Source: Candidatus Cloacimonadales bacterium (GTDB lineage Bacteria > Cloacimonadota > Cloacimonadia > Cloacimonadales > DAONDQ01). Taken from it: DNA of 64,000 nt. Below the pieces are notes generated by a model. The model did no database searches. It saw only the letters and a program-made list of their open reading frames with translations, and was not told where the DNA came from. The DNA lies in contig OY759316.1 in assembly GCA_963662275.1 (NCBI GenBank), positions 864,001 to 928,000 of the forward strand. Direction: 5' to 3'. The translations under genes and the position numbers were made by a program. This document shows positions 1 through 9,956 of the stretch, in pieces (position 1 is the first letter of the stretch; every line of letters starts with the position of its first letter).

Positions 1-276
1 AAAGCGAATGAATATTTTGATGGAAAGGTGAAATCCATTGCCTTTAAGAATGCAGAAGGAAATGCAACTGTAGGTGTAATGGATATTGGTGATTATGAAT
101 TCGGTACATCCACAACTGAACATATGACAGTTATTTCAGGTGAATTGATTGTGAAACTACCTGGTGAGATAAACTGGAAAGCATACTGTAAAGGTGAAAC
201 ATTCATGGTGGAAGCACATCAGAAATTCCAATTACAGGTCAAGGAGCAAACCGCTTACGTTTGCTTCTATCGCTAA
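1..276 (+). CDS. ppnP: Pyrimidine/purine nucleoside phosphorylase (YaiE/DUF1255), 5'-truncated by the window edge
   Basis: Frame 1 is open from base 1: KANEYFDGKVKSIAF...ATVGVM..GDYEFGT...EHMTVISGEL.VKLPG, the PpnP cupin signature. Confidence 0.9.
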   Translation, partial: KANEYFDGKVKSIAFKNAEGNATVGVMDIGDYEFGTSTTEHMTVISGELIVKLPGEINWKAYCKGETFMVEAHQKFQLQVKEQTAYVCFYR

Positions 277-907
277 TCACACGAAAACCAGGATCGAGGT
301 TGATCCGGTTGCTGGAATTATTCGAAAATACTCTCGCAATTCTACAGAATTTGTGGCAGAATTAAGTATTTATGAGCAAAAGCAAGAGATTACACCTCGG
401 TTAATTTCTTCTACTCCAGATGGAGTATTGGAAATAGAGTATCTTGATGCTATTCAGATTGGAGAGATGAAGAATCCTGACTTTTCCCATATTGCCAAGT
501 TATTGCATCAATTTCATCTTTTTAAAACTGATTCAGATAGAGTCATGTGTCATATTGATAACAATCCTCGGAATTATTTATATGATGCAAAGCAGGAAAG
601 ATATTATCTGATTGATTTTGCGGATTCCAGGATGGACTATCGGGAATGGGATTTGACAGGTTTCCTCCTATTTTGGGCTGCTATGGTTCAAAGAGAGAGA
701 TTTAAGAAGATAGCTTTTGATTTTCTGAATGGTTATCCCGCATTGAAATTGGTTGAAAAACAGCGTTTTGCAGATATTTTACTGGAGAACATATGTCTTT
801 TTGATGAAAGAAGAAAGAGATTCAATAAATTGGAACCATATCCAAATCCTAGTTTTGTGGAAAACAGATCAATCATACTTGCAGTATTCAATGAGATTGT
901 TGATTAG
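194..907 (+). CDS. Aminoglycoside phosphotransferase/choline kinase-like protein; start uncertain
   Basis: Brenner-type motif HIDNNPRN followed by LIDFAD. The only canonical upstream start (GTG 194) lies inside ppnP. Confidence 0.7.
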   Translation: MKHSWWKHIRNSNYRSRSKPLTFASIANHTKTRIEVDPVAGIIRKYSRNSTEFVAELSIYEQKQEITPRLISSTPDGVLEIEYLDAIQIGEMKNPDFSHIAKLLHQFHLFKTDSDRVMCHIDNNPRNYLYDAKQERYYLIDFADSRMDYREWDLTGFLLFWAAMVQRERFKKIAFDFLNGYPALKLVEKQRFADILLENICLFDERRKRFNKLEPYPNPSFVENRSIILAVFNEIVD

Positions 908-1029
908 TATCATGAGTTGTAATGATAGACGATATTCTCATTAAATTGTGTTGACGATTGTTAGAAAATATGTAGCTTGTATATAAGTGAATTGTATTCT
1001 CATTACTTATCTTCAATAAGGAGTTTTAC

Positions 1030-1428
1030 ATGAAACTCGGATTAGTAAAAACTATCTTTTGGTTGCCCAGAATTCTTTGCCTTGTGTTTGCTACGTTTCT
1101 GATCATTTTTTCCTTTGATGTATTTGAGGTGTCGACGAATATTTGGAAAGTTCTAATGGGTTTATTGATTCACAATATCCCAACTTTCGTACTTTATACC
1201 ATGATTTATTTAACATGGAAACGGGAATGGATAGCATCTGTAGTTTTAGCTTTTTTGGGAATTGCTTATATCGTCTTTTTCTGGGGCAAATTCCCTCTAT
1301 ATACTTATTTTTTAATTGTGGGTCCATTATTATTACTTAGTATTCTCTATCTGATAAATTGGATCTACAGGAAAGATATTCGGTTACGACTTAAAGAATT
1401 AAAGAACTTGCCTGAAAAAGGGGAATAA
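1030..1428 (+). CDS. Small multi-pass membrane protein (about 4 TM helices), function unknown
   Basis: AAGGAG SD before the ATG; four hydrophobic segments (WLPRILCLVFATFLIIFSFDVF...). Confidence 0.8.
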   Translation: MKLGLVKTIFWLPRILCLVFATFLIIFSFDVFEVSTNIWKVLMGLLIHNIPTFVLYTMIYLTWKREWIASVVLAFLGIAYIVFFWGKFPLYTYFLIVGPLLLLSILYLINWIYRKDIRLRLKELKNLPEKGE

Positions 1429-1500
1429 GAACTCTTTGTTTAATTATAGTTCGAATTATTTGTTATTTTAAAAAAATGAATCAATAAAAAAGGAGGAAGG

Positions 1501-1914
1501 ATGAGAATTTTCATAATGATCCTGATCGTTGCAATCGTGCTGACGGCATGTACAGCAAACAAACCCAAAGGAGGAATGATCATGACAGCAACGGGTCTGC
1601 AATACGAAGTATTAACACAAGGTAATGGAGCTACAGCTAAGGCGGGTGATAATGTTTCCGTGCATTATACTGGCTGGCTGATGGATGGAAAGAAATTTGA
1701 CAGTTCTGTGGATAGAGGTCAGCCTTTTAGTTTTAATTTAGGCGCAGGACAAGTAATCAAAGGTTGGGACGATGGAGTTTCGGGGATGAAAGTGGGTGAG
1801 AAGAGAGTTCTCATTATTCCTCCTGAAATGGGATATGGCTCTCGCGGTGCAGGTGGTGTAATACCTCCCAATGCCACGTTAAAATTTGAAGTAGAATTAC
1901 TGAAGATAAACTAA
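1501..1914 (+). CDS. FKBP-type peptidyl-prolyl cis-trans isomerase, probable lipoprotein
   Basis: [32 protein letters not shown]...[28 protein letters not shown] lipobox; AGGAGG SD. Confidence 0.95.
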   Translation: MRIFIMILIVAIVLTACTANKPKGGMIMTATGLQYEVLTQGNGATAKAGDNVSVHYTGWLMDGKKFDSSVDRGQPFSFNLGAGQVIKGWDDGVSGMKVGEKRVLIIPPEMGYGSRGAGGVIPPNATLKFEVELLKIN

Positions 1915-1923
1915 CTAAATCTT

Positions 1924-1957
1924 TCTCACTCCTCTCTTTATCGAGAGAGGAGTGAGA
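1924..1957. terminator. Hairpin downstream of the FKBP gene
   Basis: Perfect 14-bp stem tctcactcctctct/agagaggagtgaga with a 6-nt loop; no clear U-tract on the + strand. Confidence 0.6.
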
Positions 1958-2175
1958 CTATGGCTATCTCCGAACTAAATCAAGTGATTATCCCATTATT
2001 TTACAAATAAATCTATTGACAGTTGGAATGGAATATGCAAATTAATTCCTCTTGCTTTCGAGGGTCTGTGTACTTGTTTTTTGTATAGTTTTTTGCTATG
2101 CATGATACATGGTATTCTATGTAGTTTATACAAATTCAAAACATATGTGTTAATAAGTTCTGTAAGGAGATCTCC

Positions 2176-5100
2176 ATGAAAAAACTAGTTCTGTTTTTCT
2201 CAATTCTTGTCTTGATGACTTTATCATTGACTGCCGTCAATGTGCTACAGGTTGGCAGCAAGAATGATGTAAGGCTAATTTCAAGCAGTGCAACAAGTCT
2301 TTTATTACACTACGATGTAGATAAAGTAGAAAGTTTTGATATTTCAACAAAAAATGGTACTTTCTCTTCTCTTAGTATTGAGGACTATACCAGTACGAAT
2401 GAGCTTGGAACTCCTGCCTTGCCGTTGAATCGAAGATTGATATCTGTGCCTCTTGGAGCAACAGTAAGTTTAAAAATTTCTAATAGCACATCTCATGAAT
2501 ATAGTTTACAGACTGCTGGGGTTAAGTTTCCGATTATGCCTGCCCAGGCATCTGTTTCTAAGAGCTCTGATCCGGCAACCCTACCTTTTGCATATAAGTC
2601 AGCAGCATACATGTTAAATCAATATACTGATAAACCTCTTATCCATGTGGAAGAACTTGGGATTATGCGTGGAGTCAGATTATTTGCCATAGATTTTGAA
2701 CCGGTGCAGTATAATCCCACCACTAAAATGATTAAAGTCTGGAATAATGCTGATGTTCAAGTAACATTCAATGATGCAGATCTGTATGCTACCGAACAGC
2801 TTCGATTGAAAACTTATTCACCTGCTTTCGAAGGAGTTTATGCAAATTCCCTGATTAATTATGGTCCAGTGAATGATAGAGCTTCAAATCTTCGTTCTCC
2901 GATGGGTTATCTTATCATTTCAGCTCCTGCTCTTTCCTCTACGATGGCAAGTTTTGTTACCTGGAAAAAACAGCAGGGTTACAATGTGACATTAGTAACG
3001 ACTGCCACTACAGGGACAACTACAACTGCGATTAAAGCCTATATTCAAAATATTTGGACAAATGCAACTGTGGCGAATCCTGCTCCCAGTTTCTTGCTGT
3101 TAGTAGGTGATATAGCAGAAATTCCTTCATTCACATCTACTACTACATCCGGACACGTATCAGACTTGAGCTACGCTCGATTAAGCGGAACCGATTATGT
3201 ACCCGAAATGTATTATGGACGATTCTCAGCAAGTACAACTTCAGATCTTCAGAATATTATAGATAAAACACTCATGTTCGAAAAAACAACGATGCCTGAT
3301 AAGACTTATCTAGGCAAAGTAGATATGATTGCGGGTCAGGATGCAACATTTGGTCCAACACATGGTGATGGTCAGATCAATTACGGAACAATAAACTATT
3401 TTAATGCAGCTCATGGTATTACTTCCAGTACATATTTGTATGCTGTTTCAGGTACTTCTGATGCACAAATTATTGCGGATGTCAGTGCCGGTAGGGGTTA
3501 CGTAAATTATACTGCCCATGGTGATTGGGATCGCTGGTATGATCCTACTTTTACAATTGCGAATGTCGCTACTCTTACAAATACAAACAAACCCGCTGTG
3601 ATGGTCGGCAATTGCTGTCTTACAAATCATTTTGATGATACCGTTTGTTTTGGTGAAGCACTCACACGTGCTGCGAATAAAGGAGCAGTTGCCTATATCG
3701 GAGGAACGAATAGTACTCTTTGGGATGAAGATTATTGGTGGGGTGTTGGTGCTAAAAAAACAACCGCTCAGATTACTTCTGCAGGTGGGGTTGCTCCAGC
3801 TTGGGTGGCTAGTAAGATCGGAACCTATGATGCTATTTTCCATGAACACAGTGAAGCATCCACAGATTGGGCTACTTTCATGGGTGCTATGATCTATATG
3901 GGTAATCTGGCTGTTACTCAAGCTGCCAGTTCAAACACAAATTATTATTGGGAAATCTACTCTGTTATGGGTGATCCTTCCCTTTCTCCATATATGGGTG
4001 TTCCAGCAACTAATGCAGTGACAGCCCCCGGTACAGTTCTGATAGGAGCAACGAGTTTTACAGTGCAAGCTGCGGTTAATTCCTATGTTTGTTTGTCACA
4101 AGGTGGGACTATATATGGTGTTGGCACTATAGGTTCAGGTGGTTCATTGACAATGACGATTACACCCTTTACCACTGCCGGAACTGCTGATCTTGTCATT
4201 ACTTGCCAGAATAAAATAACATACATCAGTTCAATCACAATAGCTCCCTCATCAGGTGCGTATATGACAGTTGACAGCAATGTTTATGCTGATGGAGTGA
4301 ATAATGTTTTAGAATCAAATGAAACTGGGCATTTCAATACTACTTTCAAGAATATTGGAACAGCCACGGCAACTAACACTGTTGCAACATTAAGCACAAC
4401 TGCCAGTGGTATTACGATCACAGATAACTCGGAAACGATCGCATCTCTCGCTGCTGGTGCTTCAACGACTGTGAATAGTGCATATACTTTCAGTACTGCA
4501 AATAACATTGCTGACCAGACTTCCATTCCTTTCCACATTGCCATGGTGAGTGGAACAAGTACTTGGACATATGATGCTAATAGTATTATCAATGCACCGG
4601 TTCTTGCTTTTGGAACAATCACGATTAGTGATCCAACAGGTAATAATAACGGACGCATTGATCCAGGTGAAACGGTGACAGTGTCTATTCCTTTGAATAA
4701 TACTGGTCATGCTGCAACAGCAACTGGAACAGTAACCATGGCTAGTACTACTTCGGGTGTAACCGTAACGAACGGCACTTACAATGCAGCTTCAATTTCT
4801 GCCAGCGGAACTGCTACAGCTACTTTCACTATGACTGTAGCGAGCAATGTAGCTGTAGGTAGTGTTGTGACTTTGAATTTTAATGCCACAGCAGGTGCTT
4901 ACACGGCATCAAAAACAGAGACACCGGCTGTTGGAATCGTCTCTGAAACTTTTGAAACAGGTAATTTGCTTTCACAGTCATGGATCACGGTAGGTACTCC
5001 AGCTTGGGCTGTTGTTAATACAGGTGCTCATGGTGGTACGTATTGTGCAAAATCAGGAGCAATTACCAATAGCCAAACAATTGACCTGAAAGTAACGATG

Positions 5101-8100
5101 AATATCACAACTGCCGGGAATATCTCCTTCTATCAGATGGTTTCTTCTGAATCAGGATATGATTTTCTCAAATTCTACATAGATGCAACAGAAACAGGTT
5201 CCTGGTCAGGTACGACGGCAACTGCCTATACACAGGCTTCCTATCCTGTTACCGTCGGTTCCCATACGTTTAAATGGACATACTTGAAAGATGGTTCAAC
5301 GGCAACCGGAAGTGATTGTGCCTGGATTGATGACATTGTATTTCCTCCTACCTCGGGAAGTGTATATACTTTCGATCCACCCCGTACACCAGCCGCAGTA
5401 GCTAAGAATGGTGCCGTTACTTTAACCTGGACTGCTCCTGCTACAGGAACACCTGCAAGTTATAAAGTCTATCGTGGTGGAGTAGCAGTTGCTTCCAGTA
5501 TCACAGGTCTTACTTACACAAATACTGGTTTAACCAATGGTACCAGTTATAGTTTTTACGTAACAGCAGTATATACTTCTCCTGCATCCGGCGAATCTGC
5601 TGCAAGCAGTACAGTCAGTGCAATACCAATCGCAGCGATCCCTACCGGCTTGGCAGCCGTAGCAAAAAATGGGAAAGTTTCGTTAACCTGGGTTGCACCT
5701 ACAACTGAGACTCCAACAGGTTACAATGTTTATCGGAATAGCGTGAAGATCACTGCCACACCGATCACCGCATTAACATACAGCGATACAGGTCTCACGA
5801 ACGGCACATCATATTCCTATTATGTAACATCAGTATTTACGTCTCCCGCAGCAGAATCTGCTGCGAGCAGTACAGTCAGTGCAACCCCGATTGCTTCAAT
5901 ACCCACAAGCTTAGCTGCAGTAGCCAAAAATGGCACGGTTAATTTGACTTGGACTGCACCTACACTCGAAACGCCTAATGGTTATAATGTATATCGGAAT
6001 GGTACAAAGATTACCGCAACACCTATTACGACAACGACATACAGCAGTACAGGCTTAACGAATGGCACTTCTTATACATTCTATGTAACATCGGTTTATA
6101 CTACCCCCGCAGGTGAATCTGCTGCCAGCAGCACAGTAAGTGCAACCCCGATTGCAGCTATTCCAACAACTCTGACTGCAACGGCAGGAAATGCACTTGT
6201 CAATCTATCCTGGACAGCTCCAACTACCGAGACACCTAATGGTTATAACGTTTATAGGAATAGTACGAAAATTACAGCTACTCCTATCACAACGACAACT
6301 TATAGTGATACAGGTCTGACGAATGGCACATCATACACTTATTATGTGACATCCGTATTCACAACACCAGCAGGTGAATCTGCTTCAAGCAATACAGCAT
6401 CGGCTACACCAAACAGTTCATCTGTCGTTACAATAGGGACAGGAACTGCTTCGACAAGCAGATATCCACTTTCCAGTTACTGGGGTTATGAACGCCAGGC
6501 AAGTTTGTTCACTTCTACTGAAGTTGGCACGACTGGTAATATTCAAACTCTTTCCTGGTGGCCCACTGTAACAACAACTGCATCAATTCCAGTAAAAATT
6601 TATATGACAACACAAACGGGAACTACGATTGCTTCAGCAACATGGGCTACCCTGATCAGTGGCGCTACAACAGTCTATAATGGAACGATAGCAGGATTAA
6701 CTGCAGGTGCCTGGAAGACAATTGATATAACCGATTTTGCATATACAACCAATAATCTATTGATCATGGTTGAATGTAATTATGGGAGTAGTGGTTCTGG
6801 TTCATCGACGGGCGCAGCATTCAGATATACTGCTTCAGCCACTAATATGGTTGAATCTTGGGCAGCAGATGATACTGCTCCAACAACTACTGGAACTCTT
6901 TCAACTAATAGACCAAACATTCAGATGGCAATAGGTGCTATTTCGACCAATCCTATTTTTAGTGTTAGCCCTACTTCCTTAACTTTTTCCACTACTATGA
7001 TTAATACGACAACAGCGACACAAACACTTACTGTAACAAATACCGGTGGTGGAACATTAACCATTAGTTCATGTGCAAAAATAGGAACGGATGCTGCTAT
7101 GTTTTCTTTAACCGATACCAATACTTATTCAAAAGTGCTAACATCGGGTCAGAGTATGACAGTGACCGTTGCATTTGCTCCAACATCGGTAGGTGCAAAA
7201 ACAGCAGCTATTCGTTTCACTGATACTTTAACCAAGTCGACACATGACGTGGCTTTGACAGGTACAGGGTATAATCCGACTATCACATCATTCCCATTCA
7301 GCGAGAGCTTTGATGGAACAACCTTTGCTCCTGCTGACTGGACAAACCAGCGCTTGGTGGGAACATATTCACCGGGAACCTGGGATCGCCAGACTGCTGG
7401 CACGAATCCAACCTGCACTCCTCATAGTGGTTTAGGTATGGCTCGTTATAATTCTTACACGATAACGGCGAATACGCATGGAGTATTATCTACGCCACCC
7501 ATGAATATTACAACAAACAGTTTTCGAGTTACTTTCTGGATGTACAGAGATGTAAATACAACATATACAACTTCAAAATATAGTGATGAAGGAGTAAGTG
7601 TTTGGTATGGTACTTCACCTACAGATACAACATTATGCACAAAACTTGGCTTCGTTCCTCTAAACTCCACTTTTGCACCGACAGTCACAACAGCCGGATG
7701 GTATCAATATACTTATTCCTTTGGGACAGGTTCAGCAGGAAATGCCAAATATGTAATCTTTAAAGGTAAGAGCCAATATGGTGATAATATCTTTATGGAT
7801 GATGTTACCATCGATGCAGCCGTTGCAGCGCCTGTATTCAGCATGAGTCCTGCAAGCCTTGATTTCGGCACAGTAACCACAGGTCAGACAGCAACACGTA
7901 CATTTACAATCACGAATTCTGGTGGTGCAAGTATGACAGGAAACATTACTCCCCCAACTGGCTATTCTGTGGTTCAAACATCAAAAGTGACTAATAGCGT
8001 TCTTGATAAAACCCGCAGCACTCTTGCCTATACACTTGGAATCGGTGCAACAGGTACATTCACTGTTACTTTTACACCAACCCTAGGTCAAACTTATTCA

Positions 8101-9747
8101 GGCAGCGTTGCGATTACGAGTAATGATACGAACCATCTGACAAATAGTTTAACAGTTACAGGTATTGGTGTAACACCTCCCGAAATTAGTGTTAATCCTA
8201 TAGCATTAACGAAGGATATCATCCCCAATGAGACAGGTAGCGATACAGTAACAATCAGTAATGCAGGTGGAATGAATTTGAATTATACAATTGCATTACA
8301 AGCATCAAAAAGTATTGGGGGATCGACTTTCAGTTGTACTCCAACAAGTTTCACTCCCGGAAATACCGTGGCACTTACTCTTACGGTATATAATGGCAGT
8401 ACTGATACAGAATGGATCAAGGATATTAATCTTACGTTACCCACAGGTGTTACTGTTGTAAGCAGTACAAGCTTTATTGGAGGTTCTGGTGGAGATATGG
8501 TGTCTAGCGGAACAACCGGAAATGGAGTAACAATCAATTGGCATGGTGAAACAACAAGTGGCTGGGGCTTTGTACGTGATACTGAAAGTGCGACTTGTAC
8601 AGTGAATATAAGCACATTAGGTTCTTTCGCTGGAGATTTGACACTGAGTTATCAGATTAGCGGAGATGTTTATGGTGCAGAACCTCATGTTATTAATTCA
8701 TCACTTTCTTTATCAAACCTTGGTTCAACTGTACCATGGCTGAGTGTTGCACCTGCATCGGGAACTATCATCGGTGGAGGTTCTGCAGATCTGGTAGTCA
8801 GCTATAATTCAACCGGTATGATTGCCGGTACATACAATGCTGCTATTTTAATCAATTCCAATGATACAAGCGCACCGCTAAAAGAGGTTGCTGTGACGAT
8901 GAATGTTGGCATTGTTAATCATGCTCCCTCGATCGCATTACCTGCTGCTTGGAATTATGATAAGGGAACTACATTAATCAAGGATTTCACAACGTACATA
9001 AATGATGCTGACAGTGATCCAATTTCTATTACATACAGTGGTAATACACATATTCATATACTTGTCAATAATCATAGTGTTACTTTCAGTTCAGATGAAA
9101 ACTGGGTTGGCATGGAAAATATTACTTTTACAGTAGATGATGGACAGGGTGGAACTAATCTTGATCAGATCGCTATCACAGTAAATCCCGTCAATACACC
9201 AGCCTGGACTCCTGTTGTCTATCCGAATAACTCCGCAACAATTTATTCATTAGTGACGATAGATGGTTTACCAGCAATCGCTGGAGATATTGTAGGTGCT
9301 TTTGTTAATGATGAATGTCGAGGAACAGGTACTGTTGTTTCTGATCGTTCAGCTTATGTGACGATGCTGATAAATGTAGCTGCCAATGGTGAAACCATAC
9401 ATTTCAAACTATATGACTCCGGTTCTGATGTATTATACGATGCGGAGAACACAATTACAGTAAATATTGGTGAAACACAGGGTGGACCTGGCAATTATGT
9501 TCCAGTGGAAGTCGTGACATCTGTGGCTGCTCCAAGTAATGTCCATCTTCAAATGCAAGCGAGCGATTTTACAATTGCCTGGCCTGTAGTTCAAAATGCC
9601 AATACATATCATGTTTATCGTTCAGCAACACCAGACGGTGATTATGTTGAAATTGCTGTTGTACATACGAATTCTTACAATGCAATTGATGCAACAGCGA
9701 GAATGTACTTCTACAAAGTAACGGCTGAAAAAGTCGTCTCTAAATAG
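2176..9747 (+). CDS. Secreted C25 (gingipain-like) cysteine protease polyprotein, 2523 aa, with Ig-like, 4x FN3 and adhesin/choice-of-anchor-like domains
   Basis: Signal peptide, C25 propeptide, LLLVGD, GRFSA, catalytic YTAHG and GNCCL, GDPS; FN3 repeats (LTWTAP...YNVYRN...LTNGTSY.YYVT); AAGGAG SD. Confidence 0.9.
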   Translation: MKKLVLFFSILVLMTLSLTAVNVLQVGSKNDVRLISSSATSLLLHYDVDKVESFDISTKNGTFSSLSIEDYTSTNELGTPALPLNRRLISVPLGATVSLKISNSTSHEYSLQTAGVKFPIMPAQASVSKSSDPATLPFAYKSAAYMLNQYTDKPLIHVEELGIMRGVRLFAIDFEPVQYNPTTKMIKVWNNADVQVTFNDADLYATEQLRLKTYSPAFEGVYANSLINYGPVNDRASNLRSPMGYLIISAPALSSTMASFVTWKKQQGYNVTLVTTATTGTTTTAIKAYIQNIWTNATVANPAPSFLLLVGDIAEIPSFTSTTTSGHVSDLSYARLSGTDYVPEMYYGRFSASTTSDLQNIIDKTLMFEKTTMPDKTYLGKVDMIAGQDATFGPTHGDGQINYGTINYFNAAHGITSSTYLYAVSGTSDAQIIADVSAGRGYVNYTAHGDWDRWYDPTFTIANVATLTNTNKPAVMVGNCCLTNHFDDTVCFGEALTRAANKGAVAYIGGTNSTLWDEDYWWGVGAKKTTAQITSAGGVAPAWVASKIGTYDAIFHEHSEASTDWATFMGAMIYMGNLAVTQAASSNTNYYWEIYSVMGDPSLSPYMGVPATNAVTAPGTVLIGATSFTVQAAVNSYVCLSQGGTIYGVGTIGSGGSLTMTITPFTTAGTADLVITCQNKITYISSITIAPSSGAYMTVDSNVYADGVNNVLESNETGHFNTTFKNIGTATATNTVATLSTTASGITITDNSETIASLAAGASTTVNSAYTFSTANNIADQTSIPFHIAMVSGTSTWTYDANSIINAPVLAFGTITISDPTGNNNGRIDPGETVTVSIPLNNTGHAATATGTVTMASTTSGVTVTNGTYNAASISASGTATATFTMTVASNVAVGSVVTLNFNATAGAYTASKTETPAVGIVSETFETGNLLSQSWITVGTPAWAVVNTGAHGGTYCAKSGAITNSQTIDLKVTMNITTAGNISFYQMVSSESGYDFLKFYIDATETGSWSGTTATAYTQASYPVTVGSHTFKWTYLKDGSTATGSDCAWIDDIVFPPTSGSVYTFDPPRTPAAVAKNGAVTLTWTAPATGTPASYKVYRGGVAVASSITGLTYTNTGLTNGTSYSFYVTAVYTSPASGESAASSTVSAIPIAAIPTGLAAVAKNGKVSLTWVAPTTETPTGYNVYRNSVKITATPITALTYSDTGLTNGTSYSYYVTSVFTSPAAESAASSTVSATPIASIPTSLAAVAKNGTVNLTWTAPTLETPNGYNVYRNGTKITATPITTTTYSSTGLTNGTSYTFYVTSVYTTPAGESAASSTVSATPIAAIPTTLTATAGNALVNLSWTAPTTETPNGYNVYRNSTKITATPITTTTYSDTGLTNGTSYTYYVTSVFTTPAGESASSNTASATPNSSSVVTIGTGTASTSRYPLSSYWGYERQASLFTSTEVGTTGNIQTLSWWPTVTTTASIPVKIYMTTQTGTTIASATWATLISGATTVYNGTIAGLTAGAWKTIDITDFAYTTNNLLIMVECNYGSSGSGSSTGAAFRYTASATNMVESWAADDTAPTTTGTLSTNRPNIQMAIGAISTNPIFSVSPTSLTFSTTMINTTTATQTLTVTNTGGGTLTISSCAKIGTDAAMFSLTDTNTYSKVLTSGQSMTVTVAFAPTSVGAKTAAIRFTDTLTKSTHDVALTGTGYNPTITSFPFSESFDGTTFAPADWTNQRLVGTYSPGTWDRQTAGTNPTCTPHSGLGMARYNSYTITANTHGVLSTPPMNITTNSFRVTFWMYRDVNTTYTTSKYSDEGVSVWYGTSPTDTTLCTKLGFVPLNSTFAPTVTTAGWYQYTYSFGTGSAGNAKYVIFKGKSQYGDNIFMDDVTIDAAVAAPVFSMSPASLDFGTVTTGQTATRTFTITNSGGASMTGNITPPTGYSVVQTSKVTNSVLDKTRSTLAYTLGIGATGTFTVTFTPTLGQTYSGSVAITSNDTNHLTNSLTVTGIGVTPPEISVNPIALTKDIIPNETGSDTVTISNAGGMNLNYTIALQASKSIGGSTFSCTPTSFTPGNTVALTLTVYNGSTDTEWIKDINLTLPTGVTVVSSTSFIGGSGGDMVSSGTTGNGVTINWHGETTSGWGFVRDTESATCTVNISTLGSFAGDLTLSYQISGDVYGAEPHVINSSLSLSNLGSTVPWLSVAPASGTIIGGGSADLVVSYNSTGMIAGTYNAAILINSNDTSAPLKEVAVTMNVGIVNHAPSIALPAAWNYDKGTTLIKDFTTYINDADSDPISITYSGNTHIHILVNNHSVTFSSDENWVGMENITFTVDDGQGGTNLDQIAITVNPVNTPAWTPVVYPNNSATIYSLVTIDGLPAIAGDIVGAFVNDECRGTGTVVSDRSAYVTMLINVAANGETIHFKLYDSGSDVLYDAENTITVNIGETQGGPGNYVPVEVVTSVAAPSNVHLQMQASDFTIAWPVVQNANTYHVYRSATPDGDYVEIAVVHTNSYNAIDATARMYFYKVTAEKVVSK

Positions 9748-9759
9748 CGTTTATACTAT

Positions 9760-9798
9760 GCCAGGATCAAACTTATAAAGTCTGATCCTGGCTTTTTT
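9760..9798 (+). terminator. Rho-independent terminator
   Basis: Stem gccaggatca/tgatcctggc followed by tttttt. Confidence 0.8.
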
Positions 9799-9854
9799 AC
9801 AATGAGCGATAATATGTTAGATAAGAATGTAATTAACTAGGATGGAAAAAGAAA

Positions 9855-9956
9855 ATGAAAATAGTGCTTTTAACTCTGTTGTTCCTTCTCTCATCTCCAT
9901 TCTTAATAACGCTTCTGGGAAAAAGGCATTCCCAGTATAAGGAGAGCGATTCATGA
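9855..9956 (+). other. 33-aa small ORF or vestigial M14 gene start (signal-peptide-like), stop overlapping the next ATG
   Basis: MKIVLLTLLFLLSSPFLITLLGKRHSQYKESDS*. The DNA context is homologous to 14828-14930, the start of the M14 gene. Confidence 0.45.
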
